DNA of 64,000 bases, from NCBI GenBank assembly GCA_964617805.1, contig CAZTWK010000005.1, forward strand, positions 48,149 through 112,148, written 5' to 3'. Position 1 is the stretch's first letter. The number at the start of each line of letters is the position of its first letter. The notes under the pieces were generated by a model. It did not search any database and was not told where the DNA came from. It worked only from the letters and a program-made list of their open reading frames with translations. The position numbers were made by a program, and so were the translations under genes. Shown here piece by piece: positions 1 through 9,305 of this stretch. This DNA comes from an uncultured Fibrobacteraceae bacterium (GTDB taxonomy: Bacteria > Krumholzibacteriota > Krumholzibacteriia > LZORAL124-64-63).

Positions 1-1057
1 CACCTCCGGCGAGAACAACTTCAACCAGGCGGTGCTGGTCATCCTGGCGCTGATCGCCGGGCTGCTCCTGCTGATCCAGGCGGTGGCGGGCTTCCTCGGC
101 CTGCGCATCACCAACGGCATCACCTCGGCGGTGAGCCGGCTGCGGGGGGGCACGCAGAGGCTCGCCGGGGGCGACCTCGAGACGCGCATCTTCGTGCCCA
201 ACGAGGACGAGTTCGGCGACCTGGCCGACTCCTTCAACGAGATGGCCGTGGCGGTCAAGGTGGGCCGCGAGGAGGCCGTGGCACGCGAGCGTCTCGAGAA
301 GGAACTGGAGACGGCCCGCGCCATCCAGGAGCGGCTGCTGCCCCACGAGATGCCCTGGCTGCCCGGCTTCGAGATCACCGGCGCCAGCATCCCCAGCCTG
401 CAGGTGGGCGGCGACTACTTCGACTTCCTGGACCAGGGGGGCGGCCTGCTGGGCGTGGCCATCGGCGACGTGTCGGGCAAGGGCATCCCGGCGGCCCTGC
501 TCATGTCCAACCTGCAGGCCTCGCTCCACGGGCAGGTGCTGCACCCGGGGCAGGTGTCAGGAGTGGTGAAGCGGGTGAACGAGCTGCTCGTGAAATCCAC
601 CGACCCGCACATGTTCGCCACCTTCTTCTACGGCGTGCTCGACCGCCGCAGCGGCGTCTTCACCTACACCAACGCGGGGCACAATCCGCCCCTGCTGCGA
701 CGGGTCGACGGCGGCCTGGAGACCCTCGAGGCGGGGGGCCTGCCCCTGGGCATGCTGCCGGACGTGGACTTCGCCCAGGACGAGACGACCCTCGAGCCCG
801 GGGACGCCCTGCTGCTCTTCACCGACGGCATCACCGAGGCGGTGGGCCCGTTGCCCGACGGCAGCCTGCCCGAGGACGAGGAGACGGTGGAGACCATGTT
901 CGGGGACGAGCGTCTGGCGGACCTGTTCGCCGAAATCCGGGACCGCAGCGCCGTCGCCATCCGCGAAGCGATCCTGAGGGCCGTATCCGAGCACACGGCC
1001 GATGTGCCCCAGTCCGACGACATCACCCTGGTCGTGGTCACCCGGCCGGGTTCCTGA
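1..1057 (+). CDS. HAMP domain-containing PP2C-family serine phosphatase (SpoIIE/RsbU-like), 5' partial (gene starts upstream of window)
   Basis: ORF 32..1057 is open to the window edge. HAMP-like N-terminus, then PP2C/SpoIIE motifs (GGDYFDF, GDVSGKG, FTDGITEA, DDITLVV). TGA stop at 1055-1057. Confidence 0.8.
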   Translation, partial: TSGENNFNQAVLVILALIAGLLLLIQAVAGFLGLRITNGITSAVSRLRGGTQRLAGGDLETRIFVPNEDEFGDLADSFNEMAVAVKVGREEAVARERLEKELETARAIQERLLPHEMPWLPGFEITGASIPSLQVGGDYFDFLDQGGGLLGVAIGDVSGKGIPAALLMSNLQASLHGQVLHPGQVSGVVKRVNELLVKSTDPHMFATFFYGVLDRRSGVFTYTNAGHNPPLLRRVDGGLETLEAGGLPLGMLPDVDFAQDETTLEPGDALLLFTDGITEAVGPLPDGSLPEDEETVETMFGDERLADLFAEIRDRSAVAIREAILRAVSEHTADVPQSDDITLVVVTRPGS

Positions 1058-1243
1058 AGGGGGCTCCGTGGCGGAAATTGCCGTGGCGCGCGCGATTCCG
1101 TACATTCCAACGCACCGATGCAAGCGCACGCGAAAACTGGCGCGGCTGCGTGCCATGTGGTATTTTCAAGCGAGCGTGCCTGGCCTCGGTCCAGCCGCTC
1201 GGGCCGAGTTGTTTCCTCATGAATCTCCACAGGGGGATCGTCG

Positions 1244-3136
1244 ATGATGAGAGTCGTTTTCTTGTGTTTACTGTCGGCCGCGCTGCTGTTCGGCCTGTCC
1301 GCCTTCCTGGGCTGCGACTCCACCACGCCCGAGGATCCCCAGGCCGGCACCGGCACCATCGGCGTCTATCCCCGGCCGGTCAACGAGGACTTTCCCTGGC
1401 AGCTGACCGGACCCGGCACCTACGTGTTAGACGGCACCGACGACATGGTCATCGAGGATCTCGAGCCGGGTGAATACGAGCTGACCTGGCTTGACAAGTC
1501 CGGCTGGTTCCTGCCCACGACCAACCCGCTCAACAAGACGCTCTCCGGCGGCGCCGTCACCACCTTCACCGGCACCTACCGGCAGCCCAGCACCGAGCCC
1601 GATCCGGGCCAGGTGCAGATCAATCCCGATCCCGACGACATCGCCGCGCCGTGGACCCTGACCGGGCCCGACGAATTCGAGGAGAGCGGCAACAGCGACA
1701 CTCTCTTCGAGGACATGCCCGCCGGTGAATACACCCTCACCTGGGGCGATGTGGACGGCTACAACACACCCCTGCCCGAGACGCTCACCCTCGAGGAGGG
1801 GGACGGCATCACCTTCGCCGCCACCTACCTGTCGCAGGAGTCCTCGGCGCTGGTGATGCTGCCGGTGACGCCGGGCACCTTCAACATGGGCAGCCCGCTG
1901 CAGGAGGGTGTCGACCCCTACGAGTGGCCCCAGCACACGGTGACCCTCACGCGTCCCTTCGAGGTCTCCTCGACCGAGATCACCTGGGCCCAGTACACGC
2001 GCCTGATGGGCGCCAATCCCAGCTACTACTACGACGAGTGCCCCGGCTGCGAGGTGTCGCACCCGGTCGAGAGCGTCGACTGGATCGACGCGGTGACCTT
2101 CTGCAACGAGCTCTCCGCCGACGAGGGCCTCACGCCCGCCTACGACATCGTCGGCAACGACGCGACCTGGGACCAGTCGGCCGACGGCTACCGCCTGCTG
2201 ACCGAGGCCGAGTGGGAGTACACCTGCCGCGCCGGCACCCAGTCCGATCTCGCCAACGGCAGCCTCACCTACACGGCCAGCAGCTGCGACTACGACGAGC
2301 GGCTGACGCTCATCGGCTGGTACTGCAACAACTCCGGCTTCCGGCCCCAGCCCGTGGGCCAGCTCGATTCCAATCCGTGGGGCTTCTACGACATGCACGG
2401 CAACGTCTGGGAGTGGGTCTGGGACTGGTCCGAGACCTACGACCACGTGCCGGTCATCCTCGGCGACTTCTACTACACCGACGGCTACGTGGAGAGCCTG
2501 GGCAGCCTCTCGATCATCCAGTTCCTGCAGGACTTCGGCGACGGGCTGCTGATCCGTCTCACCGAGGTCGGCACCAGCTTCAACATCACGAACCTGGACA
2601 TCGAGACCAACGAGGTCACCTTCGCCTACGCCGACTTCGCCGGCGAGGTGAACCTGCGGGTCAACGAAGCCGTCCGCTACGACGGCGTGCTGACGGACTT
2701 CCCGTCGGACATCGCGCCCGGCATCGCCCTGGCGGTCACCGCCGAGCAGATCATCGACGCCGCCTTCGGCGAGGGGGTCAAGGGCACGGTCACCTTGACC
2801 GGCCCGGTCATCAAGGTGGAACTCGGCGGCGAGACCCTGCTCGTGGACGACATGAACCTCGTGGACAGCGGCGCCGGCCAGTTCGACCTGGACCGCCTGC
2901 TGGACTTCAACACCATGAGCCTGGGTTACGTCTACCGCCCGGTCATCGGCAGCGCTCCCGTGCCGATCCTCGTGGCCGGCACCGTGACCGATCCGATCGG
3001 ACCCCCGACGGGGACCATCCACATGATGCGCGGCGGCGGCTACGCCAACGGCGCGCGCACCTGCCGCTCGGCCACCCGCAGCCTGCCCGACAAGGGCCGC
3101 TACACGGGCTTCCGCGTGGCTCGCTACACCGACTGA
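1244..3136 (+). CDS. Lipoprotein with N-terminal PEGA-like repeats and a C-terminal formylglycine-generating-enzyme (FGE-sulfatase/SUMF1) domain carrying a ~175-aa internal insertion
   Basis: RBS GGGGGA then ATGATG. Signal peptide with a cysteine (LGC). Repeated E-x-L-E-P-G-E-Y-E-L-T-W modules. FGE motifs TEAEWEY, GFYDMHGNVWEWVWDW, RGGGY, GFRVAR. Paralog at 51347..52693. Confidence 0.75.
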   Translation: MMRVVFLCLLSAALLFGLSAFLGCDSTTPEDPQAGTGTIGVYPRPVNEDFPWQLTGPGTYVLDGTDDMVIEDLEPGEYELTWLDKSGWFLPTTNPLNKTLSGGAVTTFTGTYRQPSTEPDPGQVQINPDPDDIAAPWTLTGPDEFEESGNSDTLFEDMPAGEYTLTWGDVDGYNTPLPETLTLEEGDGITFAATYLSQESSALVMLPVTPGTFNMGSPLQEGVDPYEWPQHTVTLTRPFEVSSTEITWAQYTRLMGANPSYYYDECPGCEVSHPVESVDWIDAVTFCNELSADEGLTPAYDIVGNDATWDQSADGYRLLTEAEWEYTCRAGTQSDLANGSLTYTASSCDYDERLTLIGWYCNNSGFRPQPVGQLDSNPWGFYDMHGNVWEWVWDWSETYDHVPVILGDFYYTDGYVESLGSLSIIQFLQDFGDGLLIRLTEVGTSFNITNLDIETNEVTFAYADFAGEVNLRVNEAVRYDGVLTDFPSDIAPGIALAVTAEQIIDAAFGEGVKGTVTLTGPVIKVELGGETLLVDDMNLVDSGAGQFDLDRLLDFNTMSLGYVYRPVIGSAPVPILVAGTVTDPIGPPTGTIHMMRGGGYANGARTCRSATRSLPDKGRYTGFRVARYTD

Positions 3137-3163
3137 CGGCGCGGCGGAATCCGCTCCGACACG

Positions 3164-3198
3164 CCCCCCGGCGCCGCGTTGGCGGCCCGGGGGGTTTT
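3164..3198 (+). terminator. Rho-independent terminator after the FGE lipoprotein
   Basis: GC-rich 13-14 bp imperfect inverted repeat ccccccggcgccgc / gcggcccgggggg followed by TTTT. Confidence 0.55.
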
Positions 3199-3235
3199 CG
3201 CGTCCGAGAATCCCCCTCGCTGGCACGGGTGTTGC

Positions 3236-3264
3236 TTGATGATTCGTAAGATATCGGGTACAAT
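3236..3264 (+). promoter_or_regulatory. Putative sigma70-type promoter (TTGATG - 17 bp - TACAAT) upstream of the 3331 gene
   Basis: Sequence match only. -10 lies ~66 nt upstream of the ATG at 3331. Confidence 0.35.
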
Positions 3265-3330
3265 TAATGGTTGGAGGCATGCGCGTGGGGGGCCGTACGG
3301 GTCCCGACCTGTTCCGCGGGAGACTGCAAC

Positions 3331-3987
3331 ATGAGACTGAAGACGACCCTGATCATCTCGTTGACGATCCTGGCCGGCGCCGCCCTGGCGCAGCCCATCG
3401 TCCAGGTGGGCAACCTGAATCCCCCGGTGCCGCCGTCGGTGGAGTTCCTCCACACGGGTCTGGAGGACTACGCCTACCTGATCTACCCGCCGGACCAAGG
3501 CTCCTGCACAGAAGGCGGCTTCGAGCTGCTGGCCATCCACATGTTCCTGGAGCTGATGCCCAACCAGGTCCCCATCACCTTCACGGTCTCGGGCGCTCTC
3601 GCCCACGCCGACTGGGATCCGTCCCTGAACGCCTGGGTTCCCGGGCCCTTCATCTGCGAGGGTCCCGACGAGTTGTTCAACATCGAGCTGCCGGGCGTGT
3701 ACAACATCACCGTGCCCATGGAAGACAGCTGCGGCTGCCAGGCCTTCGACGACCACTATTTCCTGGTCGTGAGGTTCCACACGCCCTTCGAGGCCAACCT
3801 GCCGACCGACGGTCTGCCCGCGCCGGGCATCGTCTACAACGACAAGGGCGACGGCTGGGTCGACATGATCGGCCTCGGCAAGACGGCCGGCGGCAAGGTC
3901 ATCATCTGGGGCGACACCGTGTGCTGCACGTACTCCGTGGGCAACGAGGCCGGCACCTGGGGCGGTATCAAGAGCCTCTACCGCTGA
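3331..3987 (+). CDS. Hypothetical secreted protein (N-terminal signal peptide, Cys-containing)
   Basis: Internal ATG of ORF 3271..3987 preceded by GGGAGA. Hydrophobic signal MRLKTTLIISLTILAGAALAQP. No recognisable domain. Confidence 0.55.
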   Translation: MRLKTTLIISLTILAGAALAQPIVQVGNLNPPVPPSVEFLHTGLEDYAYLIYPPDQGSCTEGGFELLAIHMFLELMPNQVPITFTVSGALAHADWDPSLNAWVPGPFICEGPDELFNIELPGVYNITVPMEDSCGCQAFDDHYFLVVRFHTPFEANLPTDGLPAPGIVYNDKGDGWVDMIGLGKTAGGKVIIWGDTVCCTYSVGNEAGTWGGIKSLYR

Positions 3988-4135
3988 TCGACACGGCATC
4001 GCGACGACGGGGCGCCCCCAGGGGCGCCCCTTTTTCCGTCCTCGCGGGTCGTCCCGGGCGGTGGTTGACCTTCCCCGTGGCTTGCCGCACCTTGGAGGCG
4101 TTCGCACGGATCCGGATCGACGAGCGGAGAGCACG

Positions 4136-5281
4136 GTGTTCGAGTACCAGAAGCACGGCCGGTTCTTCGCCCAGTGCGCCCGCGGCGTCGAAGACCTGCT
4201 CGTCGACGAGCTGGGCGAGCTGGGCGTCGCGTCCGCCGAGGCCCGCGTGCGCGGCGCCGCGTTCCGCGCCGACGCCCCCGCCCTCTACGACGTCGTCCTG
4301 CGCTCGCGTCTGGCGGGCCGCGTGCTGGCGCCGCTGCTGACCTTCGACTGCCACTCCGACCGCTATCTCTACAGCACGGCGCGCAAGCTGGACTGGGACG
4401 CCCTGCTCACGCCCGAGCGCACCTTCGCCATCGTCGCCAACGTCGCGCGCAGCCGTATCGACCACTCCCAGTTCGCGGCCCAGCGGCTGAAGGACGCCAT
4501 CGTCGACCACTTCCGCGAGGCCTGCGGGCGGCGCCCCAGCGTGGACCGCCGCGAGCCCGACGTGTGGCTCAACCTGCACATCAACCGCGACCGCGCCACC
4601 ATCAGCCTCGACGTCTCGCGCGGCTCCCTCCATCGCCGGGGCTACCGCCGGGAGACCGTCGAGGCTCCCCTGCAGGAGACCCTGGCGGCGGCCGTGCTGC
4701 GCCTGAGCGGCTGGAACGGCGACGCGCCCCTGGTCGATTTCATGTGCGGCTCGGGCACCTTGCTCGCCGAGGCCTGGCTGCAGGGCTCGCGCATCCCGCC
4801 CGGCTGGCTCAGCGCGGACGGCGCGCCCCCGCCGTCCTGCCTGCCGGATTTCGACGCGGCGGACTGGCTCAGCCGTGTCGAACGGGCGCGGGCCGACCAC
4901 CGCGACCCGCCGCCCGGCCTGGTCTCGGGCAGCGACGCGGATGCCGCCGCCGTGCGCGCGGCGCGGGCCAACCTGTCGCTGCTGCCCGGAGGCGGAACCG
5001 TGCAGGTGACGCGCGCCGACTTCCGCGACGTGGACGTGCCCCCCGGGGCGGTCATCGTCGTCAACCCGCCCTACGGCGTGCGCCTGCAGGCGCGGCGCGA
5101 GGTCGAGGCGCTGTACAAGGATCTCGGCGACCATCTCAAGCGCCGTTGCAACGGCGCGACGGCCTGGATCCTCTGCGGCGACACGGAACTGGTCAAGCGC
5201 ATCGGGCTGCGTCCGAAGCGGCGCATTCCCCTGTGGAACGGGGGCCTGGAATGCCGGCTGGTGCAGATCGAACTCTACTGA
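4136..5281 (+). CDS. THUMP-domain class I SAM-dependent RNA methyltransferase (RlmL/YpsC-like rRNA guanine-N2 MTase)
   Basis: FFAQCARGVEDLL aligns with the RlmL N-terminus. THUMP region, then the MTase motif VDFMCGSGTLLAEA and NPPYG. GTG start with GGAG upstream chosen; an alternative start exists at 4061. Confidence 0.7.
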   Translation: MFEYQKHGRFFAQCARGVEDLLVDELGELGVASAEARVRGAAFRADAPALYDVVLRSRLAGRVLAPLLTFDCHSDRYLYSTARKLDWDALLTPERTFAIVANVARSRIDHSQFAAQRLKDAIVDHFREACGRRPSVDRREPDVWLNLHINRDRATISLDVSRGSLHRRGYRRETVEAPLQETLAAAVLRLSGWNGDAPLVDFMCGSGTLLAEAWLQGSRIPPGWLSADGAPPPSCLPDFDAADWLSRVERARADHRDPPPGLVSGSDADAAAVRAARANLSLLPGGGTVQVTRADFRDVDVPPGAVIVVNPPYGVRLQARREVEALYKDLGDHLKRRCNGATAWILCGDTELVKRIGLRPKRRIPLWNGGLECRLVQIELY

Positions 5282-5298
5282 GGCCGCGAGGGGGAGGG

Positions 5299-6039
5299 AT
5301 GAACGAGGCGCGGTTCCGCTTCTACGAGGAGCTGAACGACTTCCTGCCCCCGGGACGCCGCAAGCGCGAGTTCGTCCACGCCTTTCGCGGAACCCCAGCG
5401 GTCAAGGACGCCATCGAGGCCCTCGGCGTACCCCACGTGGAGGTGGACCTGATCCTCGTCGACGACCGCTCGGTGGATTTCGGGCACCCCCTGCGCGACG
5501 GCCAGCGCGTGGCGGTCTACCCCGTGTTCGAGAGCCTGGACGTCACGCCGCTCACCCGCCTGCGCGAACGCCCCCTGCGCAAACCCCGCTTCGTCTGCGA
5601 CGTGCACCTGGGCAAGCTGGCGCGTCGGCTGCGCCTGCTCGGTTTCGACACCCTGTGGGAGGACGACCTCGACGACGCGGCCATCGCCACCCTCGCCGCG
5701 CACGAGGGCCGCTGCGTCCTGACCCGCGACGTGGGCCTGCTCAAGCGCAACGAGGTGACGCGGGGATACTGGGTGCGCAGCAAGGAGATCCGCAGGCAGG
5801 TCGCCGAGGTGGTCGGCCGACTGGACCTGGCCGCCCGCATCGACCCCTTCACCCTCTGCCCGGCCTGCAACGCCCCCGTGGCGCCGGTCGACAAGGCGGA
5901 GGTCGCGTCCCGGCTCGAACCCCTCACCCGGGAACACTTCGAGGAATTCCACCGCTGTACCGGTTGCCAGAAGATCTACTGGCGAGGCTCCCACTACGAA
6001 GCCCTGCTGGCCGAGATCCGAGACCTGCCCGGCCCCTAG
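5299..6039 (+). CDS. Mut7-C RNase domain protein with N-terminal ubiquitin-like (MoaD/ThiS-type) domain
   Basis: RBS GGGGAGGG then ATG. Ubiquitin-like N-terminus (VEVDLILVDDRSVDFGHPLRDGQRV) and PIN-like Mut7-C core (RFVCDVHLGKLARRLRLLGFD). C-terminal CPACN...CTGC zinc ribbon. Confidence 0.7.
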   Translation: MNEARFRFYEELNDFLPPGRRKREFVHAFRGTPAVKDAIEALGVPHVEVDLILVDDRSVDFGHPLRDGQRVAVYPVFESLDVTPLTRLRERPLRKPRFVCDVHLGKLARRLRLLGFDTLWEDDLDDAAIATLAAHEGRCVLTRDVGLLKRNEVTRGYWVRSKEIRRQVAEVVGRLDLAARIDPFTLCPACNAPVAPVDKAEVASRLEPLTREHFEEFHRCTGCQKIYWRGSHYEALLAEIRDLPGP

Positions 6040-7076
6040 AAGAAGATCTTGGCGAACTTGAGGATCCCCTGCTTCCAGGGAACTCGATGACTCACGCCGG
6101 ACTGCCCTTCGAACGTGGAGAGGTTCTCCAGGTACCAGCGGTAGTTGCGCACCAGCGCGTCCTTGTTGGAATACTGCGGATCGTATCCCAGCACGCGCTC
6201 GGCCTTCTCGATGGAGACGAAGGAGTCCTCGCAGGCGGTCTCGTAGACCCACTTGTAGAGCGGCGAGAGGTTGAACTTCTCCAGCAGGCGCAGGGTCCAG
6301 ATCACGGGCCCGGCGGGGAAGCCGACGATCTTCTTGCCGAAGCCGGCCTCGTCGAGGACCGCCTGGTAGTCCTCCTTCATGGAGGTGAACTCGCGCGCGC
6401 CCAGGTTGAAGACGTCGTCCACCGCGTCCCGGGGACCGGTGCAGCAGAGGTAGATGCCCTGGCAGATGTCCTCCACGTCGCAGAGCTGGTAGCGGTTGTT
6501 CCCGCTGCCGATCATGGGGAAGCCCTTGCCGTCCTTGGCCCAGTCGTAGAAGAGGGCGAAGACGCCGAGGCGTTCGGGACCGATGAAGGACTTGGGGCGG
6601 ATGACCGGCACGCAGAGGCCCTGGGTGCGGTATCCGGCGCAGATGCTTTCGGCCTCGACCTTGCCGATCCCGTAGGGGCCCACGCCGTCGACGGGGTCGT
6701 CTTCGACCAGGGGATGGTGGTCGGGGATGCCGTAGACGGCCGTCGAGGAGATGTGCACGAAGCGGTCCACGTCGTGGGCCAGGGCCGATTCGATCACGGT
6801 GCGGGTGCCCTCGATGTCCGTGGACAGGATGTCGTCGTGGTCGTAGAGGGGCAGGGCGGCGGCGGTGTGGATCACGATGTCCACGTCGGCCATGGCCCGG
6901 TCCACGTCGGCGCGCGATCGCACGTCGCCGACCACCTCGCGGACGCGGTCCCGCTCGGGGTAGTCGAAGGGCGCGATGTCCAGCGACGTCACCTCGTGAC
7001 CGCACTCCATCAGGTAGCGCGCCATGTTGATGCCCAGGAAGCCGGCGCCGCCGGTGATCAGATATCTCTGTGCCAT
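6036..7076 (-). CDS. NAD-dependent epimerase/dehydratase (extended SDR family)
   Basis: Rossmann GGAGFLG motif; catalytic Y-x3-K (PYGIGK). Start taken as internal M59 (MAQRY) of ORF 6036..7250, which removes the divergent promoter overlap. Confidence 0.85.
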   Translation of the reverse strand: MAQRYLITGGAGFLGINMARYLMECGHEVTSLDIAPFDYPERDRVREVVGDVRSRADVDRAMADVDIVIHTAAALPLYDHDDILSTDIEGTRTVIESALAHDVDRFVHISSTAVYGIPDHHPLVEDDPVDGVGPYGIGKVEAESICAGYRTQGLCVPVIRPKSFIGPERLGVFALFYDWAKDGKGFPMIGSGNNRYQLCDVEDICQGIYLCCTGPRDAVDDVFNLGAREFTSMKEDYQAVLDEAGFGKKIVGFPAGPVIWTLRLLEKFNLSPLYKWVYETACEDSFVSIEKAERVLGYDPQYSNKDALVRNYRWYLENLSTFEGQSGVSHRVPWKQGILKFAKIFF

Positions 7077-7182
7077 ATCGTCCCTTTCGTGGTCTGACCG
7101 GTCGAAGATAGGGCCGGGGGGCGGTTTTTCAAATTCTGCCTTTGACGGGTCGCGAAAATAGCCTATTTTCCACGAAACAATA

Positions 7183-7205
7183 AAACGATTAAAGCGTATT
7201 CGTTT
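7183..7205 (+). promoter_or_regulatory. Inverted repeat AAACGA-N11-TCGTTT in the epimerase/TetR divergent intergenic region (candidate TetR operator)
   Basis: Palindromic half-sites ~25 nt upstream of the TetR start, in an AT-rich intergenic region. Confidence 0.3.
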
Positions 7206-7230
7206 CATTGTCCGACCGGGAGGAGGACCC

Positions 7231-7833
7231 ATGGCCGACGCCAGGGACACGCCGAAACAGGTTCAGATCATCACCGCGGCGGAGCCTCTCTTCGAGCGCT
7301 TCGGCTTCCGCAAGACCACGGTGGAGGAGATCTGCCGCGAGGCCGGCGTCTCCAAGCGGACCTACTACGAGCTGTTCAACGACAAGGCCGATCTGCTGAT
7401 GCAGATGCTGATGTACTTCGTCGCCCGGTCGGTGACCCGGTGGGTGGAGTCCATGACCCCGGACATGTCGGCCATCGAGAAGCTGGAGAGCTACATCGCC
7501 GGCTACGAGGAGATGGGCAAGAAGCACCCCGTGTTCCACTTCTGCCTGCACGAACCCGACGTGAAGGAATACACCAGGGACTTCATGGACCACCCCGAGG
7601 CCAAGCAGATGATCGCCGCGCTGGTGCGGGTGGTCGAGGAGGGCATCCGCAAGGGCGAGCTGCGCGAGATGGACCCGCCGACGATCGTCTGGATCATCGG
7701 CGGCCTGCTCGACTCCATGTACTACGTCTTCCCGGAGCTCACCGAGGAGCCCAGCGCCTTCGAGAACGAGACCCTGTCGCGCGAACTGCGCGCCTTCATA
7801 CTCAACGGACTTCGGAAATGCCGAGACGCATGA
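7231..7833 (+). CDS. TetR/AcrR family transcriptional regulator
   Basis: HTH signature TTVEEICREAGVSKRTYYELFNDK. RBS GGAGGAGGA. Immediately upstream of an RND efflux operon. Confidence 0.85.
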   Translation: MADARDTPKQVQIITAAEPLFERFGFRKTTVEEICREAGVSKRTYYELFNDKADLLMQMLMYFVARSVTRWVESMTPDMSAIEKLESYIAGYEEMGKKHPVFHFCLHEPDVKEYTRDFMDHPEAKQMIAALVRVVEEGIRKGELREMDPPTIVWIIGGLLDSMYYVFPELTEEPSAFENETLSRELRAFILNGLRKCRDA

Positions 7834-7847
7834 ATGCGGAGGGAGAG

Positions 7848-9305
7848 ATGAGAACTGGACGAACCACGTTCGCGGCGGTAGCCGCGATCATCCTGCTCGC
7901 GACGGCCGCGGCCGGCGCGGGGGGCGACGGCGAGATCATCGAGGCCCGGCCCGGGGCGGCCGAGGCGCGCGACCTGGCCGGCTGCATCGACGAGGCCCTG
8001 GCCAACAACGACGCCCTGCGGGCCGAACGCCTGCGGCGCGACGAGCTGGACGGTCAGATGTACCAGGCGCTGGCCACCGGCCTGCCCTACATCGACGCCA
8101 CCGGGGAGTGGGCGCGCTCGCGCGATCCCAGCTTCGCCCTGGACGAGACCTTCGGCGGCGGCGGCGACGGATCCATCGGCACCTCGCCCCTGGACACGCT
8201 GCTGGCGGGCTTCGATTTCCTGCCCGATCCCGAGGACATCCCCGCCCAGACCTACTGGCGGGCCCAGCTCAACCTGCGCTGGACCCTGAACCCGTCCAAG
8301 GTGCTCGGCGCGGTGGGCGCCGCGGGACAGGGCATCAAGCGGCAGGACCTGGCCATCGCCTCGGCGATCCACCAGGTGGAGGAGGAGGTCGTCACCGGCT
8401 ATCACGGCATCATCCTGGCGGCCGAGTCGCTGGCGGCCACCGAGGCCGACCTGGCCAACCAGGCGGAGTTCCTGGAGATCATGCGGCTGCGCCACGAACT
8501 GGGCATGGCCACCGCGACGGACACCCTGCAGGCCGCCGTGGCGGTGGCCAACCTGGTGCCCGCCGTGCACACGGCGCGCAAGGAGCTGCGCAACGCCGGC
8601 GCCCGCCTCAACGCGGGCATGGGCCTGCCGCCGGACATGCCGCTCTCGATCCGCCGCGAGCAGACCCTCGAGCTGGATCCGCTCGTCCCCGATACGGCGA
8701 TCGACCTGGCCCTGCGGCGGCCCGACGTGGGCATGAGCGGGCTGTGGACCGACATGCTCAAGCAGAACCGCAAGGCCCAGAAGGCCGAGATGCGGCCCTA
8801 CCTGTCGGTCGACGGCTCGTACGGCTACGTGGGCCGCAAGCTCAGGGATCTCGACGACACCGGACACGACTTCTGGCGCGCCACCGTCGCGCTGAACGTG
8901 CCGCTCTTCGACGGGCTGCTCACCAAGGGCCTCGTCGACCAGACCGAGGCGCAGATCCGCCGCAACGAGGTGGAGTTGTCCGGTCTCAAGCGCAACATCC
9001 GCGCCGACGTGCTCGAACTGCTCGACGCCCTCGAGGTGTCGCGGGCGAACCTGCGCGCGGCCGAGCTCAACCTGACCCGCAGCGAGGACCTGCTGGAGAC
9101 CAGCAAGCTCGAGCTGCGGCTCGGACGCACCGACTACCTGAACGTCCTGCAGTCGGAGGCCAGCCGGTCCCTGGCGCGCAGCAACCTGATCCAGGCGCGG
9201 TTCGATGTCCTGACGACGACCGCGTCCCTGAAAAGAGCCATCGGCGTCTCTCCCATGCTGCCGTTCGCGGCCGTGGAGGGCCTGGTCGAAGGAGGGGCGG
9301 AATGA
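7848..9305 (+). CDS. TolC-like outer membrane efflux protein
   Basis: Internal ATG with GGAGGGAGAG RBS. Signal peptide, then coiled-coil-rich repeats typical of outer membrane factors (NNDALRAERLRRDEL..., LRAAELNLTRSEDLLETSKLELRLGRTDYLNVL). Confidence 0.8.
   Translation: MRTGRTTFAAVAAIILLATAAAGAGGDGEIIEARPGAAEARDLAGCIDEALANNDALRAERLRRDELDGQMYQALATGLPYIDATGEWARSRDPSFALDETFGGGGDGSIGTSPLDTLLAGFDFLPDPEDIPAQTYWRAQLNLRWTLNPSKVLGAVGAAGQGIKRQDLAIASAIHQVEEEVVTGYHGIILAAESLAATEADLANQAEFLEIMRLRHELGMATATDTLQAAVAVANLVPAVHTARKELRNAGARLNAGMGLPPDMPLSIRREQTLELDPLVPDTAIDLALRRPDVGMSGLWTDMLKQNRKAQKAEMRPYLSVDGSYGYVGRKLRDLDDTGHDFWRATVALNVPLFDGLLTKGLVDQTEAQIRRNEVELSGLKRNIRADVLELLDALEVSRANLRAAELNLTRSEDLLETSKLELRLGRTDYLNVLQSEASRSLARSNLIQARFDVLTTTASLKRAIGVSPMLPFAAVEGLVEGGAE

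Noticed and set aside
1427-3280. Long antisense ORFs overlapping confirmed genes. These include 1427..3280(-), 3124..4134(-), 10210..13422(-), 20132..22138(-), 24851..27664(+), 28139..29647(-), 36378..38531(+) and many Arg/Pro/Gly-rich ORFs.
   Set aside because: In a ~68% GC genome every frame is stop-poor. These ORFs have Arg/Ala/Gly/Pro-dominated composition, no RBS and no domain motifs. They are fully shadowed by well-supported genes on the other strand.
4174-6039. 621-aa ORF implying a long N-terminal extension of the Mut7-C protein across the RNA methyltransferase gene.
   Set aside because: The N-terminal 375 aa are out-of-frame overlap with the THUMP methyltransferase and have a low-complexity, Arg-rich composition. 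The real start is the ATG at 5299, which has a strong RBS.
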